Both the position numbers and the translations under genes were made by a program. This document shows positions 56,950-64,000 of a stretch of DNA of 64,000 nt, piece after piece (position 1 is the first letter of the stretch; each line of letters starts with the position of its first letter). Origin of the DNA: Podarcis cretensis (Eukaryota); the NCBI GenBank assembly GCA_951804945.1, contig OX638149.1, forward strand, positions 87,606,001-87,670,000, given 5' to 3'. The notes beneath the pieces are model-generated. The model worked only from the letters and a program-made list of their open reading frames with translations, searched no databases and was not told where the DNA came from.

Positions 56950-57960
56950 TGACGGGGTGAACCATTGTTCAGGCGCCGTTCCTGCTAGAAAAAACCCATG
57001 TCAGCTCCCGCGTTCAGCAGGGCTGGCGGAGAAATGCAGCGGGGAAGATGCCAAGAGAGATAAGCCGCGGGACCCCGAGTGTTTCAGGAGGCCCCGGGGA
57101 TGCTGTCGGAACAGGGGGCGCTTACCACGCTCCGGGCTGGAAAGCACACGAGGCGCCCCTGCTCCTCTCGCGGTGGACCTTCGCCCTCTGGCGCACGTCA
57201 CTTCCGCTTGTCACGGACCCCGCCCCCTCCCGTCGGAGACAATCCTTTCCCCGCCCCGCCTCCTCCTCTTCCTCCCCCCACCGCAGCTTTCCCATTGGCC
57301 CTCCCCGATCCCACCTCCTCGTCCTTTCCCGGCCTCCCATTGGCAGCGGAAAGCGCCCGCCGGTCGGGACAAGGGAGGAGGCGAGTGGGGCGGGGGGAGA
57401 GAGAGAGAGAAAGTGAGTGACAGACAGAGCCTGGGAAGTCGCGGCGGCGGAGGAGGCTGAGCCCCGGGTCCGGTCACTAGGGGCGACTGTTCTGGAGGTG
57501 AGCCGCGCAGCCGCCGCCGGGAAAGGGATGGCGGGGGCGGGGGGAGGACGGGGACGTGGGCCTCGCCTTGGAATCCCCGCCGCGCCGCCTCCCTCCCGCT
57601 TCCCAAGTAAACAACCTCCGAGGAAGGCCCCTCCCGGCCCGGCTCAGCCAAAACAAAACAGCCTCGGAGGAGCTGCCTGGGGCCGCCCAAGGAAAAGACC
57701 CCCCCCCCCCGTCCCTCTCTCCGCTGTGCCTGGCAGCGCTGCCTTTCCAACTCGGGAGGAGGGATCCGGCGAGTGGGCTGGCTCCCCTCCGGCTCAGCCC
57801 ATCCCAGGGGGTGAGAGGGTTAAGGTGCAACCCGAAGGGGGCCCTTCCTCACCTGGCGGAGCAGGCCGCCTCTCCCTGGATTCCCTCTCCTTTGATTCGC
57901 GGCGCCGGGGGAGCAGAACCAGCCCCTTCTTCGCCAATCAACCCCACAAAAGGGGCCTGA
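56950..57960. promoter_or_regulatory. Bidirectional CpG-island promoter of ANKZF1 and ATG9A with both non-coding first exons
   Basis: ANKZF1 exon-1 donor GTG|GTAAG at 57126 (-) and ATG9A exon-1 donor GAG|GTGAG at 57497 (+). Between them lie ETS-CRE CACGTCACTTCCG (57194-57206), two CCCATTGGC NF-Y boxes (ATTGG at 57294 and 57339) and GC boxes. Confidence 0.85.
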
Positions 57961-57999
57961 AGCTGTTCCTGTTTCGGGTTGGAGAGTGTTGAGTGGAAC

Positions 58000-58260
58000 C
58001 AGTGCCGGATTTACCTATAAATTTTGCCCCCCCCCCCAAATTTAAAAGGAAAAAACACCAAAATATAAGATGAAAACAAATAAAACCCACATACAGCAAC
58101 AGTGTTTTGTGCTGTGTAGGGACCTGTTAGGTCTATAAATTACCATATAGCATATATTCAGCACAAAAAACAGGAACAATTTGTTGCTGACAGCTGGACA
58201 TATAAAGGGCCCCATTACCTTCAGTAGCTTAGGGCCTCAGCAAACCTAAATCCGGCCCTG
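58000..58260. mobile_element. hAT-type MITE with perfect 8-bp TSD in ATG9A intron 1
   Basis: TIRs CAGTGCCGGATTTA and CAGGGCCGGATTTA. TSD AGTGGAAC at 57992-57999 and 58261-58268. Confidence 0.88.
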
Positions 58261-59489
58261 AGTGGAACCAGCAGCCTCCAAGAGTCATCCTGCCAGCCAA
58301 ACGGCCACATGGCCCTTGAAAGTCTCAATCTCCAGTGTACATCCTGCCTTTTTTCTTTTCAGGCGGGGGGGAAAAGCACATTGGGGATCCAAGGCTAGAG
58401 ATGCCAGTCAGATGCCCAGAGCACAGCACAAGCAGGGGGTTCCTGCAGCACTAGGGGTAGATGGAGCAGGTGAGTCTCTCGGTGTGTGTGTGTGTGTGTG
58501 TGTGTGCCATGTGCATAGGTGTTGCTTCAAGAGGGATTTATTTTGCTATTTGTTTTTGTCTGTCTGAATTGTAGTAGCTTACACCAAGTAAGATGGGTGT
58601 GCCCTTCCTGTAGCTGTAGGCACTGCATCTACATGAGTCAAAGTACAGGGTAAATAAGGAGAAATATTTAAAATGGGTGTGGTTGTTTTTATTAGCAAAA
58701 GTGGCAAGAATATATGTACATGCTCTGAATGAAGAAAAATCATTTGACATGCTGTTACAGTATCCCAAGGATCCTTTAATCCAAGTGTGGGTTGAAACTT
58801 TGTAGTAGTCCATGGGTGAATCACTGATTTCTGGTTGGCCTGCTGGTTGGTAGAATTCTTGCCAAAAATGTGGGAGTAGGCTAACTCTGGTCTTATCCAA
58901 CAATACATGTCTTATCTACCAAGGCAAGAATGGATACGTTGGATCGCTAGTTGAAAAAAAATAGAGAAGTCACACGTGACTGTAGTCCGCCCATGTTCTA
59001 GTCATGACAGACAGTTAAATTTTCTAAATATCCTAAATGATTGTGCTGTAGAACATTTGGTCATGGAACTTATCTGAGACGCGACCCTGAACTTACTTGT
59101 AAGTGGTGCCAGTACTTTGTGCAATATTTAAGTGTTGTTCAACTAGTTGGAAACAGTAACCAAAGAGTTATCAAATTCAACATATATGTAAGCAGAGTAG
59201 AGAATGGTTAAGGATGTCCACAGTCACATATGACTTCAAAAAATGAAATCTCAAAAATGAAATGATTGGTTGAAAGTCAAGTTGAAAGGGAAAGACTAGA
59301 GGGTCAAATCTCTCCAAAACATATTGGTGTTATTCAGAATCACAAGAATAGAAGCATAGCTTGAATGTATACTGCAAGTCAGGGAAGATGCTAGTGTAAT
59401 AGAAGCAAGGAAGCTGTTAGAGGCAATAAGGCTTCTTCCTTCCTTTCACAAAATGGGAGGTCTTGCTCAATTAAGGAGAACAAAATGGA

Positions 59490-60060
59490 ACACATGCTTG
59501 CAAAACAAATTCAAAAAAGAAAGTAAGTTTGAGGCGCATATAGCTAAAAATATTAAGATCAACAATAAAAAATATTATTAAAAGTGTGTGTGACAGATGT
59601 GAAAAGGGAAAATTACGTGCCAATGATTCTGTCTGTCACATCTCATAATAGGATACTGTAGAGCTGGAAAGTGTGGAAAAGGTAAACCGAAAACATTGAG
59701 TAACTTTTTTAGTTTTAAAAAAAGGTGAGTAAAGGGGGAGCATGTCAGAGGGAGATAAAATTATACATGATGTGAAGCAAGTGGATAGAGAGAACTTTCC
59801 TCTTGCTCTGTCATAGTGCTGGAGTCTGAGGCCATTCAGTGAGGTGGGAGATTCAGGACTGATAAAGGGAAGTACTTCACACACCTGCAAAATTGAAATT
59901 TGTTACCATAGGATGTAATGGAAGCCATAAACTTAGAGAGCTTTAAAAAAGGATTTGACAAATTCATGGGGATAAGGCTACTATTCACAGTGTCTATATA
60001 CTACCACCTGGATCAGAGGCAGCAGGCCACAGAATACCAGTTGTAGGGGGAACAGCAGCA
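59490..60060 (+). mobile_element. Degraded CR1 LINE fragments in ATG9A intron 1
   Basis: FEAHIAKNIKINNKK-like ORF2 remnant near 59530 and a CR1-type 3' end (TTTAAAAAAGGATTTGACAAATTCATGG) near 59945. Confidence 0.55.
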
Positions 60061-61615
60061 GCAGAACAACCCTGAGTAATCGCCCCATTTGCCTACTTTT
60101 TCTGACCCTCTCTAGCAAGTTGTTGTGTGGCAGGAACTTTAATGATTAAATAACTGAAAATGCTGAGTTGCAACGATGATGAGACTAAAAGACAGTGGCA
60201 ATGAAAAGGTCACTGAATGCATACCTCAAAAACTTAGATCCTTTTCTTGATCCCTTGAGACAGGTGAGTCAACCTAAGAGAGAATCTCTCTTGATTACAC
60301 TCCCTCACGTACACACACACACCTCCCAGAAGGGTAGATTCTCTCACTGATAATTGCCTTTCACTCCACCTAGATGTCACTAAAATCCTCCTCATTATAT
60401 CACTGGACCCCTTCCTTGTACGTACCAGACTAGAGATCTCCAGACCTTACTTTAGGGTAGTTTGAGCATCAGTTTGTGTCTTTCAGTCACCCCTCCAACA
60501 ACTGTCCATGCAACTCCATGTCACTCTCAAGGTACACCTTTAACGTAGTGCTGGGTGCCAGATCAAGAAGCCTGATAAGGGTTCTGTCACCCAGTAGCAT
60601 GAAGTTTGGTTCCCCAAAGAGCTGAAGTCACTAGGGCATAGAATTCCTGGCCCTAGTTATGGTCTTGGTCCTGGTCTTTATCTCGGCTGAGCCTCAGTAG
60701 ATCACTTTTGGCAAATTCTCTCTATCTTCCCAGGGTCCCATAGCTCCACCACTTAATTTTACACCTTGTAGCATAGGAACTCTTGCTTTTCTCTAGACTA
60801 GAAGTTTGAATGTGTGAGAATATTGGCTTTAAAATGCATCTTTGAGTTTGCATATATGTTGTGCTGTACTAGGAATCTGTTTTGAAAATATGCATGTGAA
60901 TGCATGCATACACAGGTTCTCAGATACACAAGAGCATGTGATTGTGGCACTGTGGGTACAGGATACTAGACTAGATAAAGTTTTTTTATTTCTTTTTTCA
61001 TTATTATGTTTTTTTTACTTCTGGTATAGAAAGAAAGCTAGAACAGTAGGCTAAATGAAAGTGAAGCTGCAGAGAGTTCTTGTAAACCCCAGCTAGGTAG
61101 GTTTCCTTTAGTTGAAACGTTGTACTTTCCTTTGTGTGTGGGGAGAGATTGATATACTTGCAATGGTATGTATCAAGTCCCTGCTCTGCCTGTTCATGAA
61201 AATGAAATTAAATGTATTTTAACAACAACAACAACAACTTTGTTGCAGACAACAGTTTGTAAATATGATGTAAAGCAAAGTCTCAAAACCCAGAATAGGT
61301 TTGGACAGGATGTTTCATGATCAGGCAGTGTTTCCTGCAATGCTCTCACCACCAATAATTATTTCCTACTTCTTAATTTGTGCTGCTTTTGTCTCCTGCT
61401 GCTTTCCTCTTTCCACTCTTCTCCTTCCTTGCCCTCTGCTATTTGGTCCCCACCAAAAGCTTCCAGTTCCTTTTAAGGGTAAAACTAAAATGAAATGAGG
61501 CTCCCAACCCAACTGATGCCTTCCAGGTATGTCTTAAATGCTACTTTTTTTTTACCCTGTCCTTTCCCCCCTCAGAGCCTGTGTGACGTTGGATGAGGCC
61601 CAGCTCAGTGACAAC

Positions 61616-63926
61616 ATGGCTCACTTTGATACAGAGTATCAGCGGCTGGAGGCCTCGTACAATGATTCTCCCCCAGGAGAAGAGGACCTGATGGTTCATG
61701 TTGCCGAGGGCAGCAAATGTGAGTACAGCTGTGAGCGGCCAGCCTTGGGGCCAGGCACCCCACAAATCAGTGCTGATGGTGCCTGGAACTGGTGAAAGAC
61801 TAATCTGAACAGGAAGTGGAATTGTGGGATTCTGGCTCTGTTTCTGGGGAAACTGCATTTGCTGTGCAGCATGTTTTCAATCATGCCTGTTCCTGGGAAG
61901 CAGCAGTAGTAGGAGAAGGCAGTTGCATTATTGTATTGCTTGTGGATTTCCCAGAGGCATGTGACTGGCCACTGTGGGACTAGACGGGCCTTTGGTCTTA
62001 CGTTCTTAGTAAGTTCCCATGAAATTGAGCAAGGCTTTCTTTCTAGAAAGTGTGTTTAGGGTTCAGCTTTGAACTTTTGTTCTTAAACTATTGGGCTTGG
62101 ATGGGGCCATGGGATGCTGTGTCGCAGCTCCCTCTCCCTCTGGCTTCTTTTTGCTGTGTTGAATTTTAGGATTCTTTTTTCACTTTGTCTGTCTTGCAGC
62201 TCCCTGGCACCACATCGAGAATCTGGACCTCTTTTTCTCTCGTATATCCTTACCTGAAGGGCAGGGATAGTTGTATCCCAGCTGTCGGGATTGGGGGTGG
62301 GGGCTCGGTTGCAGCAGAGCTGGGAACCCTTTACAAGGTTCCTTGTGGCCCATTAAACACTCCAAGAGGCAAAGGACCTTTCAGTATCAGTTCAGGAACA
62401 AAGGATAGCATAATAAAGAACTAGCCTCTGGAACCCATACAGGTTTACAGGCCAGACAGCAACAAAAACAATACAAGGAGATTTACAATCACCCCCTCAA
62501 ATGAAATTCTTTACGGCAGAAAGTTTCTGACTCTTTCCTCCTGATGGTGGCTGATCGTGACTTAATAGCATGGCAGGTTGAACTGGAAAAGGAGATGCTT
62601 CCTGCTAATGGGAAACTAGTCTCTGGTGAAACTAAGGGTACTGCAACCAATATTCTGAGCAATTCTCTTTGACTGTACCCCTCACGTCTATAACCTGCAC
62701 CAGAAGAATGGCTTCACCTGTATGCTCATCAGTGAGATCTTTGAATTAATGTGAGTATGAACTCCATGTCTCTTCCCATAAAACAGGATTGGAAGTGGAC
62801 ATTCATTGTATTTCCATGGGTACCTTGTCAGAGATGAAAAAAAGAGTTCTGGTTTCGTGCTGGAGCTAGTGATCCTTCCCTGGCCCCAATTCCCTGTCAT
62901 TCAGGTTGATAGGAAAACAAATCCTACTCCTGATTCTCTTTATGCAAGATGTCTCTGGTATGAAGGATTTAGACAGCTGGCGCCTTTTGCTGGCCCAGAT
63001 AATTTGAAGATGGGAGCGGGGAAGGGAAGGCTGAGTGCCTCCTAGTGTGACACATCTTCTCTTCTCACAGGCAGTTCATCTTTGTTGTGGCCTTCACCAC
63101 ATTCCTTGTCAGCTGTGTTGACTACGATATCCTGTTTGCTAACAAGCTGGTGAATCACAGCCAGCATTCCAGTGACCCTGTCAAGGTGACCCTGCCAGAT
63201 GCCTTCCTGCCTCCCAATGAGTGCAGTGCCAGGTAAAGTTAGCAAGGGCTATCCTTTCCTAAATTTGACCACATCCTAGCCCATCTTGGTCGGGTCTAAA
63301 ATCCAAGAGGCCTCCTGGATGCCTACTTTGCATTTTAAGTCACACTCCATCGTAGCTGTAGGCTCGGAAATGTAGTTCTTGCAAGGTGAGCGTTGCTGTC
63401 AAAACTGCTTTCAGATGTTTACTTCTATATCTGCCAAATCTGGGGTCTCCAGTGTTAACCTAATGTCATTGATAAAGTCGGGCCCCTGACGAGCCAGCTG
63501 GACTTTTAATATACTAGACAATCTTTGGCCCCTTGTGGATTAACTGTGAGAGAAAGCTTTGAGTTCACATTTGTAGCTGTACCCATCTTCTCTCAGATTT
63601 TCCAGCCCAGTTGCCCATTAGTACAGTTTAATGCATCTCAGCACTGCATAGCCTTGCACCCACCTGAAGTGCCTGAATTCTAGCAATCTGAGAAGGAGGG
63701 GTTGGCACATGCTTTGGAAAGAACTGTAACGACCAGAAGGGAGGTGGCTGCTTCTTCCTTTTGGTGAATCCATCTTTCTCATAGGATCCAGGCCAATGGC
63801 TTTCTCATCTCTATCCTGGTGATTGCGGGGGTCTTCTGGATCCATCGGCTGATTAAATTCATCTACAATATTTGCTGCTATTGGGAAATCCACTCTTTTT
63901 ACATCAATGCTCTCAAGATTCCCATG
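61616..63926 (+). CDS. ATG9A: Autophagy-related 9A lipid scramblase, first 5 coding exons (172 codons; gene continues beyond the window)
   Basis: Exons 61616-61718, 62200-62243, 62686-62750, 63071-63232 and 63785-63926. Translation MAHFDTEYQRLEASYNDSPPGEEDL...SPWHHIENLDLFFSRVYNLHQKNGFTCML...CVDYDILFANK matches the ATG9A N-terminus. Confidence 0.95.
62244..62685 (+). other. U12-type (minor spliceosome) AT-AC intron of ATG9A
   Basis: 5' site ATATCCTT at 62244, branch-like CTCTTTGAC at 62665-62673 and 3' end CAC at 62685. Splicing joins FFSR|VYNL in frame. Confidence 0.93.
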
Positions 63927-64000
63927 GTAAGCTGCTGTGCTCTGGGAACTGTTAGACATGCATGCACAAATCTACACACTGTGCTATTGATAGGGAATGT

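Noticed and set aside
56957-57992. Long Pro/Gly-rich ORFs of 167-191 aa
   Set aside because: CpG-island artefacts spanning the ANKZF1/ATG9A promoter.
61467-61575. Possible extra ATG9A 5' UTR mini-exon with donor CAG|GTATGT at 61526
   Set aside because: The resulting intron would be only 49 nt, below the usual vertebrate minimum.

Overview
This is eukaryotic DNA from a squamate reptile; the Sauria SINE and MITE content suggest a lacertid lizard. It holds an ordinary conserved gene block matching human 2q35 in order: TUBA4A (+), STK16 (-), GLB1L (+), ANKZF1 (-) and the 5' part of ATG9A (+). I rebuilt the spliced CDSs by hand from splice signals, and the four complete genes close in frame: TUBA4A 448 aa, STK16 305 aa, GLB1L 630 aa and ANKZF1 about 689 aa. 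ATG9A runs off the window after codon 172. There are three CpG-island promoters, two of them head-to-head. Mobile elements include a young 5'-truncated L1, a full Sauria SINE and several Tc1/mariner and hAT MITEs with target-site duplications (TSDs). I found no convincing previously undescribed system. The most notable sequence-level signals are an AT-AC minor-spliceosome intron in ATG9A, a probable GC-AG intron in ANKZF1, uORFs in three leaders, duplicated RBFOX motifs, a tubulin tail with no encoded tyrosine, and an inverted-repeat promoter-like module in TUBA4A intron 1. Most ORFs in the supplied track are spurious.
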